Assembly: GCF_041911495.1 (NCBI RefSeq)
Contig: NZ_JAYROT010000062.1
Location: 1,653 to 65,652 of the forward strand
DNA: 64,000 bases
Source: Acinetobacter sp.
Lineage (GTDB): Bacteria; Pseudomonadota; Gammaproteobacteria; Pseudomonadales; Moraxellaceae
Reading direction: 5' to 3'
This document shows, piece after piece, positions 17,592 to 29,528 of the stretch. Both the position numbers and the translations under genes were made by a program. Numbering within the stretch: the first letter of the stretch is position 1; each line of letters starts with the position of its first letter. Under the pieces are notes generated by a model. The model was not told the origin of the DNA and ran no database searches. It saw only the letters and a program-made list of their open reading frames with translations.

Positions 17592-20438
17592 ATGAGCGAT
17601 AAGCAAACTTCTGAAAATGTCGTGGATTATAAAGCCACACTCAACTTGCCACAGACTGATTTTGCCATGAAAGCCAACTTGGCGGTGCGTGAAGCAAAAT
17701 GGTTGGATGACTGGTATGCCGACGACATTTATCAGCAGATTCGTGCATCTCGAATTGGCAAGAAAAAATACATTCTGCATGATGGCCCTCCGTACGCAAA
17801 CGGCAGTATTCACCTCGGTCATGCGGTGAATAAAGTGTTAAAAGATATTATCGTAAAAAGCCGTGTCATGGACGGCATGGATGCGCCGTATGTACCGGGT
17901 TGGGACTGTCACGGTCTACCGATCGAGCTGAAAGTCGAAGAAAAAATCGGTAAAGTCGGCGTCAAAGTCGATGCAACGACTTTCCGTAAAGCCTGCCGTG
18001 AATATGCGCTCAGCCAAGTGGAATTACAGAAAAAAGACTTTAAGCGTCTAGGTGTGTTTGGTGATTGGGACAATCCGTATCTGACCATGAACTTTAAGCA
18101 AGAGGCGGATATTGTCCGTTCATTAGCTGCAATTCAGAAAAATGGTCACATCCAACCGGGTCTAAAACCAGTGAACTGGTGTTTGGACTGTGGCTCTGCG
18201 CTTGCGGAAGCCGAAGTAGAATATGAAGACAAAAAATCTGATGCTATAGATGTTGGATTTGGCGTGGTTGATCTTGCGGATTTGTCAGCGAAACTCAGTG
18301 TAACCGTCACCACAGCAACCGATATTGTGATCTGGACGACCACACCGTGGACACTGCCTGCCAACCAAGCGGTGGCATTGCACGCTGAACTTGAGTATCA
18401 ATTGGTTGAAGTGCAATCAGATCGTGGAACACATAATTTAATTTTAGCGAAAGAATTAGTCGCATCCGCATGTGAACGCTATCAACTGGAAAACCCAAAA
18501 ATTTTGGCGGATTTTACAGGGGATAAACTCGAAGGTTTATTATTACAACATCCATTGATCGCTGAACGTCAAGTGCCTGTCATTCTAGGAGAGCACGTCA
18601 CTGCAGGCAGTGGTACAGGTGCGGTACATACTGCACCGGGTCATGGCGTGGACGATTATAAAGTCGGTTTGCAATATCGCCTTGCAGTGGACAATCCTGT
18701 TGGGTCAAATGGTGTTTATCTACCGACTGCGCCTATATTTGCAGGTGAGCATATTTATAAAGCCAATCCGAAAATCATCGAGGCACTCGGTGCAACAGGT
18801 CGTCTATGGGCGCATAAAAAAATCACTCACAGCTATCCACACTGCTGGCGACACAAAACACCGATCATCTTCCGTGCTACACCACAATGGTTCATCAACA
18901 TGGAACAATGTGCCATGCGTGAAACCGCTTTGAATGAGATTGAAAACAACATCGAATTTATCCCTGACTGGGGTAAAAATCGTATGCAATCCATGGTCGA
19001 TGGCCGTCCAGATTGGTGTATCTCTCGTCAACGGACATGGGGCGTGCCGATTCCATTTTTCGTGCAAAAGGACACCCATGAGTTGCATCCCCGCACGCCT
19101 GAGTTGATCGAAGAAGTCGCAAAGCTGATCGAGCAAGAAGGTGTTGACGCATGGTTTAACCGTGACGGCAAAGACTTCTTATCTGCCGAAGATGCGGAAC
19201 AATACAACTGTGTGCGTGATACTTTGGATGTGTGGTTTGATTCTGGTACTACGCATTTTGCCGTGCTGGATCAACGTGACGACTTGCAAAGCCCTGCCGA
19301 TCTGTATCTCGAAGGTTCGGATCAACATCGTGGCTGGTTCCAGACTTCATTGCTTGCCAGTATCGGTGTGCGTGGTCATGCGCCCTATAAGTCATTGCTG
19401 ACACACGGTTTTACCGTCGATGAAAATGGGCGTAAATTGTCAAAATCTTTGGGCAATTACATTCCATTAGAAGAAATCATCAAACAACTCGGTGCCGATG
19501 GTCTGCGTCTGTATGTGGCATCGAGCGACTATCGTTATGAAATCGCTGCTTCAAAAGAAATCTTCAACCGAGTATCGGACAGCTACCGCCGTATTCGTAA
19601 TACTTTGCGTTTTATGCTCGCAAACCTAAATGGTTTTGTACCAAGTCGTGATGCACTACCGATGGATGAGTTGATTGCATTAGATCAATACATCATTCAA
19701 CGGGCTAGCGAAGTGCAAACAACGATTCGCAAAGCCTATGAAGAAATGAATTTCCATGTCGTGAGCAATGCACTGACCAGTTTCTGTATTAATGACTTGG
19801 GTGGTTTCTACCTCGACATCATCAAAGATCGTCAATACACCACCAAAGCCAATTCGCAAGCACGTCGCTCGGCGCAAACGGCGCTGTATCACTTGGTGCA
19901 AGCCTTTGTGCGTTGGATGAGTCCGATCTTGAGCTTTACCGCACAAGAGGCGTGGGAACTGATTCCTGAGCAAACAGAAAAATATGTGTTCACTGCCGAA
20001 TGGTATGATTTACCGAAATCAACCCAGCAGAACTTAATCAGCGAATCCGATTGGCAAAGTCTGATTCAAGTCAAATCTGCGGTGAATAAGCAAATCGAAG
20101 CGGCACGTAATGCCAAATTGGTCGGTTCAAATCTCTCTGCCAAAGTTGATATTTGGGCGGATGAGGCATTAAAAACCATTCTTGACCGCTTGGAAAATGA
20201 ATTACGTTTCGTACTGATCACTTCACAAGTTGCTGTACACACGTTTGATGAATCAAAAGGTGAAGCCACTGATATTGACGGCTTACGTGTTGCGGTATCG
20301 GGTGCAGACGGTGAAAAGTGTGTGCGTTGTTGGCATGTGCTCCCTGATGTGAATACCCATGCAGGTCATGAGGGATTATGCTCACGTTGTATCATCAACT
20401 TGCCATCAGGCGCAGGTGAAGAGAGAAAATATGCCTAA
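17592..20438 (+). CDS. ileS: Isoleucine--tRNA ligase
   Basis: LHDGPPYANGSIHLGH, GWDCHGLPIE, WTTTPWTLPAN, DWCISRQR, KLSKS, C-terminal Zn site KCVRCWH...CSRC. Confidence 0.98.
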   Translation: MSDKQTSENVVDYKATLNLPQTDFAMKANLAVREAKWLDDWYADDIYQQIRASRIGKKKYILHDGPPYANGSIHLGHAVNKVLKDIIVKSRVMDGMDAPYVPGWDCHGLPIELKVEEKIGKVGVKVDATTFRKACREYALSQVELQKKDFKRLGVFGDWDNPYLTMNFKQEADIVRSLAAIQKNGHIQPGLKPVNWCLDCGSALAEAEVEYEDKKSDAIDVGFGVVDLADLSAKLSVTVTTATDIVIWTTTPWTLPANQAVALHAELEYQLVEVQSDRGTHNLILAKELVASACERYQLENPKILADFTGDKLEGLLLQHPLIAERQVPVILGEHVTAGSGTGAVHTAPGHGVDDYKVGLQYRLAVDNPVGSNGVYLPTAPIFAGEHIYKANPKIIEALGATGRLWAHKKITHSYPHCWRHKTPIIFRATPQWFINMEQCAMRETALNEIENNIEFIPDWGKNRMQSMVDGRPDWCISRQRTWGVPIPFFVQKDTHELHPRTPELIEEVAKLIEQEGVDAWFNRDGKDFLSAEDAEQYNCVRDTLDVWFDSGTTHFAVLDQRDDLQSPADLYLEGSDQHRGWFQTSLLASIGVRGHAPYKSLLTHGFTVDENGRKLSKSLGNYIPLEEIIKQLGADGLRLYVASSDYRYEIAASKEIFNRVSDSYRRIRNTLRFMLANLNGFVPSRDALPMDELIALDQYIIQRASEVQTTIRKAYEEMNFHVVSNALTSFCINDLGGFYLDIIKDRQYTTKANSQARRSAQTALYHLVQAFVRWMSPILSFTAQEAWELIPEQTEKYVFTAEWYDLPKSTQQNLISESDWQSLIQVKSAVNKQIEAARNAKLVGSNLSAKVDIWADEALKTILDRLENELRFVLITSQVAVHTFDESKGEATDIDGLRVAVSGADGEKCVRCWHVLPDVNTHAGHEGLCSRCIINLPSGAGEERKYA

Positions 20439-20988
20439 GCAAGCAGATTGGTTACGCTTTAACGCAGTGAATTTTTGGTGGTTAGGACTAAGTATCTTGA
20501 CTATCATTTTGGATCAAATCACCAAACAAATCGCGCTGGATAAATTGGTCTTTGAAGGCAATAGTGTCAATGTCCTGCCAGTCTTCAGTTGGACATTGGC
20601 ATACAACCCCGGTGCGGCTTTTAGCTTTCTCTCCGATGCAGGCGGTTGGCAACGCTACTTCTTTACAGTATTGGCGAGTGTGATGTCGGTGTTTTTTGTG
20701 GTGTGGTTACTGCGCATGCCAAAAACCTTAAAAGTTTTGCCGGCCTCGATTGCGTTGATTTTGGGTGGTGCAGTGGGTAACTTGATCGACCGCTTGACCA
20801 CGCAATTGGTCAATTATCGTGGTGAACAGGTACATGGCGTGGTGATCGACTTTTTGCATGTGCATTATCAAACGTGGAATTTCCCTGTATTTAATCTTGC
20901 CGATTGTGCGATTACTTTAGGGACGATTTTGTTATTGATCGACACCTTTTTCCTTGAGAAAAAACGTCATCAAACGCCGTCTGCCTGA
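20431..20988 (+). CDS. lspA: Lipoprotein signal peptidase II
   Basis: DQITK, NPGAAFS, GAVGNLIDR, VIDF, FNLAD; the ATG overlaps the ileS stop. Confidence 0.95.
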   Translation: MPKQADWLRFNAVNFWWLGLSILTIILDQITKQIALDKLVFEGNSVNVLPVFSWTLAYNPGAAFSFLSDAGGWQRYFFTVLASVMSVFFVVWLLRMPKTLKVLPASIALILGGAVGNLIDRLTTQLVNYRGEQVHGVVIDFLHVHYQTWNFPVFNLADCAITLGTILLLIDTFFLEKKRHQTPSA

Positions 20989-21041
20989 TCATTTCCGTGG
21001 CGAAACCGTCTAAAAACTATTGTGAATCACAGTGAAAAATT

Positions 21042-21524
21042 ATGTCTGAAATTATCAATCCAAATGACGAAACCCGCATCGAAGAGGGTTCAAAAGTGCA
21101 ACTGCACTTTTCTGTGGCGATCGAAAATGGCGTAGAAATCGACAATACCCGTAGCCGTGATGAGCCTGTGTCATTGGTCATCGGCGATGGTAATCTCTTG
21201 CCCGGTTTTGAAAAAGCGCTCTTCGGCTTACGTGCAGGCGATCGCCGTACCGTGAGCCTACCGCCTGAAGATGCCTTCGGTGAATGGAATCCTGAGAATG
21301 TGCAACGTTTTGACACGGTGAAGTTTGAACAGCGTCCCGAAGTCGGTCATATGATCGAGTTTGAAGATAAAGCCAAAGCTAGTCTATTTGGCGTAGTGAT
21401 GTCTGTAGCAGATGACATTACCGAGATTGATTTTAATCATCCGCTTGCAGGGAAAAATATTACTTTTGCGGTGGAAATTTTTAAAGTCACACCGCAAGGT
21501 CAGCAAGGGATTCGGTTAATGTGA
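21042..21524 (+). CDS. fkpB: FKBP-type PPIase, SlpA/FkpB type
   Basis: GDGNLLPGFEKAL, LPPEDAFG, IDFNHPLAGK; canonical position after lspA. Confidence 0.9.
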   Translation: MSEIINPNDETRIEEGSKVQLHFSVAIENGVEIDNTRSRDEPVSLVIGDGNLLPGFEKALFGLRAGDRRTVSLPPEDAFGEWNPENVQRFDTVKFEQRPEVGHMIEFEDKAKASLFGVVMSVADDITEIDFNHPLAGKNITFAVEIFKVTPQGQQGIRLM

Positions 21525-21639
21525 TTTTAATTCTCGAAGCATTTAACCAAGATGGGAAACGTCGTTGCTTAGCAGGTGATGTACCGTAGACTTAAAAAAA
21601 CTGGAACTTCCCAAAGCTACAAAAAGCTTAAGCCGAAGC

Positions 21640-21891
21640 TTAAACTTTTTTGCGAACTAAATTATAAATCGCTAATACGATCACAGCGCCGATCACAGAT
21701 ACGATAAATCCAGCAGCTTCATTGGCAGAATACCACCCGAGCATCCGACCACCATAGGTCGCCAACAATGAGCCACCAATACCAAGTAAGGTGGTGACAA
21801 TAAATCCAGCTTTATCATCACCTGGATGTAGCGCACGAGCGATCAGACCCGCAATAAAGCCCACGATAATAGCCCAAATTAGCGAAAGCAT
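21640..21891 (-). CDS. GlsB/YeaQ/YmgE-family (transglycosylase-associated) membrane protein
   Basis: IIVGFIAGLIARALHPG...TLLGIGGSLLA...SVIGAVIVL pattern. Confidence 0.85.
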   Translation of the reverse strand: MLSLIWAIIVGFIAGLIARALHPGDDKAGFIVTTLLGIGGSLLATYGGRMLGWYSANEAAGFIVSVIGAVIVLAIYNLVRKKV

Positions 21892-21992
21892 AATGCCTCT
21901 CCTTTGTCGTTATTTTAGTTATTATTTATCGACAAAATGCGAGAATATATAGTGACTTTATGCGCTTTATGTTGTGATATTGTGCACAAAAA

Positions 21993-22532
21993 TCACTCAA
22001 TACCGAGCACGTGACCAATATACGGCAAATGGCGATATTTCTGTGCATAGTCCAAACCATAGCCAACGATGAACTTATCTGGTATTTCAAAGCCCACATA
22101 TTTGACAGGAATGTCTATCACACGGCGAGATGGTTTTGAAATGAGAGTACAAATCTCTATACTATGCGGCGTACGCGTGTGTATAATTTCCACGACTTTG
22201 CTTAGTGTATAGCCTGAGTCAATAATATCTTCGACGATCAATACATCTTTACCAGCGATCTGACCATCTAAGTCTTTAAGAATTTTTACATCACGAGTTG
22301 ATGAAGTACCACTGCCGTAGCTTGATGCAGTCATAAAATCGAGCTCATGTGGAATCTCAATCTGACGGCACAAATCCGCCATAAAGATGATACTGCCACG
22401 TAATAGACCAATCAAAACCAGTTCTTTTTTATTCTCTTGATAGTCTTGATTGATTTGCGCTGCAAGTTCGTAGATACGTTCACGAATCTCGTCTGCCGAG
22501 ATCATGACTTCCATTTGAGTAACTTGTGACAT
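21993..22532 (-). CDS. hpt: Hypoxanthine phosphoribosyltransferase
   Basis: [22 protein letters not shown] motif [23 protein letters not shown]. Confidence 0.95.
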   Translation of the reverse strand: MSQVTQMEVMISADEIRERIYELAAQINQDYQENKKELVLIGLLRGSIIFMADLCRQIEIPHELDFMTASSYGSGTSSTRDVKILKDLDGQIAGKDVLIVEDIIDSGYTLSKVVEIIHTRTPHSIEICTLISKPSRRVIDIPVKYVGFEIPDKFIVGYGLDYAQKYRHLPYIGHVLGIE

Positions 22533-22855
22533 GAAGTGTTTGCCATACAGATGTAAAGCAATTTATTTTAACTAAACTTCTTTGCAAAATCTAACCCTAT
22601 CTTTGTAGCTCGTTGTAGTTCGCTATATAAAAGCTAGCCAATTGCTCTCATGTCCACAGCACTTTCTCGTGCATTTTTAACTTTCATTTGCTGATTTCTA
22701 GGGTCTGTGAATGTCCGTAAACTTCACAGTACATTCCGTGTGCTTTTGTAATAGCTGATTTATGCGACGTATTTTTCGCTTAGAATGGCATCTGAGCTTA
22801 TATCCAAATTACAACTCCAAAATTTTTCCAAAAACCAACGATTAAAAGGTTTGAT

Positions 22856-24031
22856 ATGACTATTCTAAATACCGTTCTCAATACAATAATTTTAAATACG
22901 AAGGCTCTAAAAAAATTTTCGCCGATCACGCTACTCAATGCAACCGTACTGAGTGCAATGTTCATAAGCGCATGCCAACCCTCAAATGAACCAAATCAAA
23001 AGACCGCAAATGATGCAAAAACGAATGAGCTAAAAAATACCGCACAGGCAAAACAAGTAGATAAAGCCTGCCTGAGTTTAAGCACATCCATGCGAGCGAT
23101 TAACCATGAAAGCAAAGTAGAAGCTTTAGAACAGGTCAATCAATTGCTCAAAGACTGCGTCACCCTAGTCGATAATGCACAGCAACTCAAATGGATTGAT
23201 GAAACAACGTCAATGTACGAGCGCTTCTTTGCGCATGAGCTCACCGATGCCAAGCAGATGGCGGCATTTGATGAATATGGACTCAGTATTTTAGAAGCGA
23301 AGCAAGGTGATGCACTTGATCAGCCAGTGGTTAAAGGCGATCCAAACATTTTTAAAACACTATCGCCTCGTGATCAATATTTGATGAATCAACAAGATAA
23401 AGCTTATATTGAGCTACATTATCAAGGCGAAGGCATGTTCCAATATCGTCGTAGCCCTGCCTATATCAAAACCATTTTCGGTGAAGCACTTCCTGAAGAT
23501 CAACGTGTTTTCGTGACCCGTATGGCACAGGATAATGAAGCGCTGTTTTTCAATGATGCAGCCATTGCGATCTCGTGGGCAGAAATGGTTGATCGTGCTT
23601 TGTTTTGGGAAAATTATCTTCAGAAGTATCCAAAAAGCCATTTTAAAGCAGATGCAAAGAAACTCTTTGAAGAATACCAATATTTCATTTTCTTTGGATC
23701 AGACAATACGCCTGTATCTGATGAGTTTGCGCCAGACACATGGATAGACGAAAATGCTTTAGGACATATCAAAGCCCTTGCCAAACGCCAAGATACTGCG
23801 CTCGCAGAACCTGCAAAAAAATTCCTCACGTTCATCAAGACACCTGTAAATGAGCGTATGAAAAAGTATCCTGTCGAGCCGAAAAACCGAGATGGTTATG
23901 AAAAAAGTTCTTATACAATCGCTCGCGAACAACTCCGCAAAGTGTTGAATTTGTCTGATCCGTGGGACAGTAGCAGTGATAGCTATCGTGACTGTCATGC
24001 GGATGGAATTTGTGTGATGTGGCAGCAGTAA
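22856..24031 (+). CDS. Hypothetical lipoprotein
   Basis: 391-codon ORF, lipobox FISA-C followed by a polar linker; start uncertain; no recognisable domain. Confidence 0.65.
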   Translation: MTILNTVLNTIILNTKALKKFSPITLLNATVLSAMFISACQPSNEPNQKTANDAKTNELKNTAQAKQVDKACLSLSTSMRAINHESKVEALEQVNQLLKDCVTLVDNAQQLKWIDETTSMYERFFAHELTDAKQMAAFDEYGLSILEAKQGDALDQPVVKGDPNIFKTLSPRDQYLMNQQDKAYIELHYQGEGMFQYRRSPAYIKTIFGEALPEDQRVFVTRMAQDNEALFFNDAAIAISWAEMVDRALFWENYLQKYPKSHFKADAKKLFEEYQYFIFFGSDNTPVSDEFAPDTWIDENALGHIKALAKRQDTALAEPAKKFLTFIKTPVNERMKKYPVEPKNRDGYEKSSYTIAREQLRKVLNLSDPWDSSSDSYRDCHADGICVMWQQ

Positions 24032-24118
24032 CTCTAGTCAATATTTTGACCAATGCTTGAATCCTTGCTGACAAAATAGCCAAGCAATTTTTTTCAATTC
24101 TGTTAATCTTTTAACATT

Positions 24119-24248
24119 GCTTGACGGAGCGCGAGTAAGCACTCGCTGAGATCCGATAAAATCGTTTGCTGATTATTTTTCCATCAAACGATTTTGAGTC
24201 GGAGTACCGTTGAACCTGATCAGGTTAAGACCTGCGTAGGAATCAAGC
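24119..24248 (+). ncRNA. TPP riboswitch
   Basis: P1 GCTTGA/TCAAGC; GCTGAGA; TGAACCTGATCAGGTTAAGACCTGCGTAGGAA core; about 108 nt upstream of thiC. Confidence 0.93.
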
Positions 24249-24346
24249 CTGCTAATACACTGAAAATATAAGATAAATTTATTTATCATCGTCCCATTTT
24301 CTATCTCTGTTTTAGTTCTGCTTGATTCGTGATTGTTCTGCCATAG

Positions 24347-26251
<1,905 letters not shown>

Positions 26252-26313
26252 TCTTTTTCTGAGCTCAAGCTAGGCTATTAGATGAACAAAGATTGATTGA
26301 ATAATTGCCAACG

Positions 26314-26964
26314 ATGACGAATATTTTTTCATACCAGCCGCAATTTGATCACGGAGATGTTGAAGTCTTGGACAGACAACAATGTTATCGTGGCTTCGTG
26401 CATGTTGAAAAATTACAAATTCGTCATCGCCTATTTGCCAATCAAGACTTTGGCAGTGTTATTCACAGAGAGCTCGTCCGTCGCCGTGAGGCTGCAGGCG
26501 TCTTGGTACATGATCCACATTTGCAAAAATTTTTGTTAATTGAGCAATTTCGAGCAGGTGCTTTAAATTCTGAGCGCACGCCGTGGCAATTGGAAATTAT
26601 TGCAGGGCTGATTGATGATGGCGAAGATGCCGAAACCTGTTTAAAACGTGAAGCGCTCGAAGAAGCAAACTGTCAGATTGAAAATTTAAAACAATTGTAT
26701 CGCTATCACCCATCGACAGGTGCAAGCGATGAGATATACAACCTTTATGTTGCTACAGCGGATTTAACTCATGCAGGGGGTGTGCATGGTGAGGTGCAAG
26801 AAGGTGAAGACATCAAGGTACATGTATTCGACTATGCGCAGCTAGACGGATTGATGCAGAGTCCTTATCTAAGTAATGCGTCTTTAATTATCGCCATACA
26901 ATGGTTTCAGTTGTATCTACATCAACAACAATCGAAAAAACAATTGATGGGAGAAGTGCAATGA
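26314..26964 (+). CDS. nudF: ADP-ribose pyrophosphatase (NUDIX)
   Basis: LIEQFRAGA, Nudix box GLIDDGEDAETCLKREALEEAN, EGEDIKV. Confidence 0.85.
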   Translation: MTNIFSYQPQFDHGDVEVLDRQQCYRGFVHVEKLQIRHRLFANQDFGSVIHRELVRRREAAGVLVHDPHLQKFLLIEQFRAGALNSERTPWQLEIIAGLIDDGEDAETCLKREALEEANCQIENLKQLYRYHPSTGASDEIYNLYVATADLTHAGGVHGEVQEGEDIKVHVFDYAQLDGLMQSPYLSNASLIIAIQWFQLYLHQQQSKKQLMGEVQ

Positions 26965-27776
26965 ACCACGCCATCAAATCAGAACATTTTTCAGATCAAT
27001 CACCTGTGCGACTATTGCAGATTAGTGATTGTCACCTTATGGCTGAGGCCGATCGTGAGTTTGCAGGGATCGCACCGTATCAGTCCTTACAGGCCGTCTT
27101 ATCACATGCGCAAAAGAACGTGGCCTTTGATTGTGTCATTAATACAGGCGATATTGCACAGCAACCCTTGCCACAGACTTATGAACTCTATCAAAACACC
27201 CTATCCAAATTAGAACGACCGCATTATTGGGTGCGAGGCAATCATGATGAGAGTAAACATTTCCCATCATTAAGTGAAAATGATCAGCCCACGGTTATTG
27301 ATCTTGGCGCATGGTGTATGATTTTGATCAATAGTCAGGTCGATCAAAAAGTGTCAGGAATGATCTCTGATCATGATCTGATTCAACTTGATCGCTTGCT
27401 TGCAAAGCATAAAACGCAATACATCATTATCGCACTGCATCACAATACCTTTGATGTCGGTTGTGATTGGCTATCACCGCATCGCCTACAAAATAGTGAA
27501 CAGTTATTGGCTTGCTTAGAGTCACATGAGCATGTACGTTTGGTCATCTCAGGACACGTCCATCAAGATTTTGCACACCAACATGGCCAGATGACTTTTC
27601 TGTCTTGCCCTTCGACCAGTATTCAGTTTAAACCCAATCAAAATGAATTTTGCCTAGATCAGGCGACTCCGGGATATCGTTTACTCGAACTCTATGCAGA
27701 TGGGCATTTTGAAACTTCGGTTCATCGTATTGAACATGCCGTTGGTCAAGTTGATTTTGCTCTAAAATCTTATTAA
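26961..27776 (+). CDS. cpdA: 3',5'-cyclic-AMP phosphodiesterase
   Basis: QISDCH, TGDIAQ, RGNHD, LHH, SGHVHQ, CPSTSIQF, PGYR; overlaps the nudF stop. Confidence 0.88.
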   Translation: MNHAIKSEHFSDQSPVRLLQISDCHLMAEADREFAGIAPYQSLQAVLSHAQKNVAFDCVINTGDIAQQPLPQTYELYQNTLSKLERPHYWVRGNHDESKHFPSLSENDQPTVIDLGAWCMILINSQVDQKVSGMISDHDLIQLDRLLAKHKTQYIIIALHHNTFDVGCDWLSPHRLQNSEQLLACLESHEHVRLVISGHVHQDFAHQHGQMTFLSCPSTSIQFKPNQNEFCLDQATPGYRLLELYADGHFETSVHRIEHAVGQVDFALKSY

Positions 27777-27964
27777 TTCAGTATCTTAAGTCATATTTTC
27801 CCCTTTTGCCATATTTATACACGTTTTGGCACTTTCATCTTGATAAAAAAGTCTATATGATGTGCGCCCGAGTAATAAACAGGCAAGTAGTAGACAAATG
27901 CACTTGCTTTTTACCTCACTTTTTGCGTATAGATATACACTAGTTCGATGAGGAATGCCCCCAA

Positions 27965-28495
27965 ATGGCAAATCAAGATAAATCACAACTGGAAGATGTA
28001 AAAGACGTGGCTACAGCAGAAAAACCAGCTGCAAAACGCACTCGCAAGCCTAAAGCGAAAAACGCAGAGAAGGGGACGACGGCGAGCCTATTTGGTTTTG
28101 CACCATATCAAGAAAAGAAAAATGAAGAATATATGTCCGAAGGACAATTAGAGCATTTTCGTAAAATCTTAGAAGCGTGGAAATCAGAATTGATGTCAGA
28201 AGTCGATCGTACTTTGACTTCAATGCAAGATGAATCATCTGCATTGCCTGATGTGAATGACCGTGCCACTCAAGAAGAAGAGTTTGCCATTGAGCTTCGT
28301 ACGCGTGACCGTGAACGTAAATTGATTCGTAAAATTGAACAATCGTTGCAAGCGATTCAAGATGAAGACTATGGCTTTTGTGAAACCTGCGGTATTGAGA
28401 TCGGTCTACGTCGCCTAGAAGCTCGTCCAACTGCAACTTTATGTATCGACTGCAAAACACTTGCAGAGATCAAAGAGAAGCAAAATAACGGTTAA
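27965..28495 (+). CDS. dksA: RNA polymerase-binding factor DksA
   Basis: PDVNDRATQEEEF, RDRERKL, Zn finger CETC...RRLEARPTATLCIDC. Confidence 0.97.
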   Translation: MANQDKSQLEDVKDVATAEKPAAKRTRKPKAKNAEKGTTASLFGFAPYQEKKNEEYMSEGQLEHFRKILEAWKSELMSEVDRTLTSMQDESSALPDVNDRATQEEEFAIELRTRDRERKLIRKIEQSLQAIQDEDYGFCETCGIEIGLRRLEARPTATLCIDCKTLAEIKEKQNNG

Positions 28496-28497
28496 TC

Positions 28498-29445
28498 ATG
28501 ACCGTTGAGAATTTTTCAGGTGAGCCTAGCTCCTTGAGGGGTAGTACCCCTCATGCGCAGCGGCGAAACAATGTTTCGCTGACTCGCTACTCAGGTCGGT
28601 TTGCGCCATCGCCAACTGGTCCTTTGCATTTCGGCTCGCTGATCACGGCATTGGCGAGCTACTGTGAAGCCAAGTTCCGTCAAGGACAATGGCTGGTTCG
28701 TATTGAAGATACCGACATTCCCCGCATTTATCCCAACAGCGAACAGCATATTCTGCGCTGTATCGACGCTTTCGAATTCGTCCCTGACGGCGACATTCTC
28801 TTTCAAAAAGATCGTTTTGAAATTTATCAAGATGTCTTAGCACAACTCAAATCACACGATCATATTTACGCCTGCCAATGTACCCGAAAGATGCTCGGTA
28901 GCAATGCCATCTATGCAGGGACATGCCGAGCTCTAAACCACGAATTTGAAAACCAAGCCATCCGTCTAAAAGTGAATGATGAACCCATCTGCTTCGATGA
29001 TCCCCTACAAGGTCGGCAATGTAGCAATTTGGCAGTAGATTTAGGCGATTTTGTGCTGAAACGTCGTGATGGCATTATCAGCTATCAACTTGCTGTGGTG
29101 GTGGATGATTATTTGCAAGGCGTGACGCATGTAGTACGAGGTGCAGATTTGCTGGACAATACAGCCCGTCAAATTTGGCTCGGTCGTTGTCTAGGCTATC
29201 CTGAGCTTAATTATCTGCATGTACCACTGGCAATGAATGCCGATGGTCGCAAGCTATCTAAACAAAACTTTGCACAACCACTTGATCCAGACAATGCCTC
29301 TGAGTTGCTCTCAGAGGCTGCTCAGGCTTTAAATCAATCACCGCTTGATCTTGACCGCCCATCAGCCATGCTTGCGCAAGCAGTGGCACAATGGCAACGT
29401 GAGCGTATCCCTCAAGGCACGATGCTATCGCAGATTTATCAATAG
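28498..29445 (+). CDS. gluQ: Glutamyl-Q tRNA(Asp) synthetase
   Basis: GRFAPSPTGPLHFGS, VRIEDTD, YQLAVVVDD, VRGADLL, KLSKQ; directly after dksA. Confidence 0.93.
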   Translation: MTVENFSGEPSSLRGSTPHAQRRNNVSLTRYSGRFAPSPTGPLHFGSLITALASYCEAKFRQGQWLVRIEDTDIPRIYPNSEQHILRCIDAFEFVPDGDILFQKDRFEIYQDVLAQLKSHDHIYACQCTRKMLGSNAIYAGTCRALNHEFENQAIRLKVNDEPICFDDPLQGRQCSNLAVDLGDFVLKRRDGIISYQLAVVVDDYLQGVTHVVRGADLLDNTARQIWLGRCLGYPELNYLHVPLAMNADGRKLSKQNFAQPLDPDNASELLSEAAQALNQSPLDLDRPSAMLAQAVAQWQRERIPQGTMLSQIYQ

Positions 29446-29482
29446 TTTTTGTCTATTAAGCCTTGTTTTATCTACAGCGCAT

Positions 29483-29508
29483 AAAAAAGCAGGGATTAAC
29501 CCTGCTTT
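29483..29508. terminator. Bidirectional terminator between gluQ and ftsW
   Basis: AAAGCAGGG-ATTAA-CCCTGCTTT. Confidence 0.7.
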
Positions 29509-29528
29509 GAACTTCTAAATTTCAACAA

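Noticed and set aside
21042-21640. No ispH after ribF-ileS-lspA-fkpB; three FKBP genes in one window
   Set aside because: By recollection both are ordinary for Acinetobacter-like genomes.
22698-22714. CTAGGGTCTGTGAA, resembling the left end of the 12765 MITE
   Set aside because: Only 10 bp match and no partner TIR lies nearby; at most an eroded remnant.
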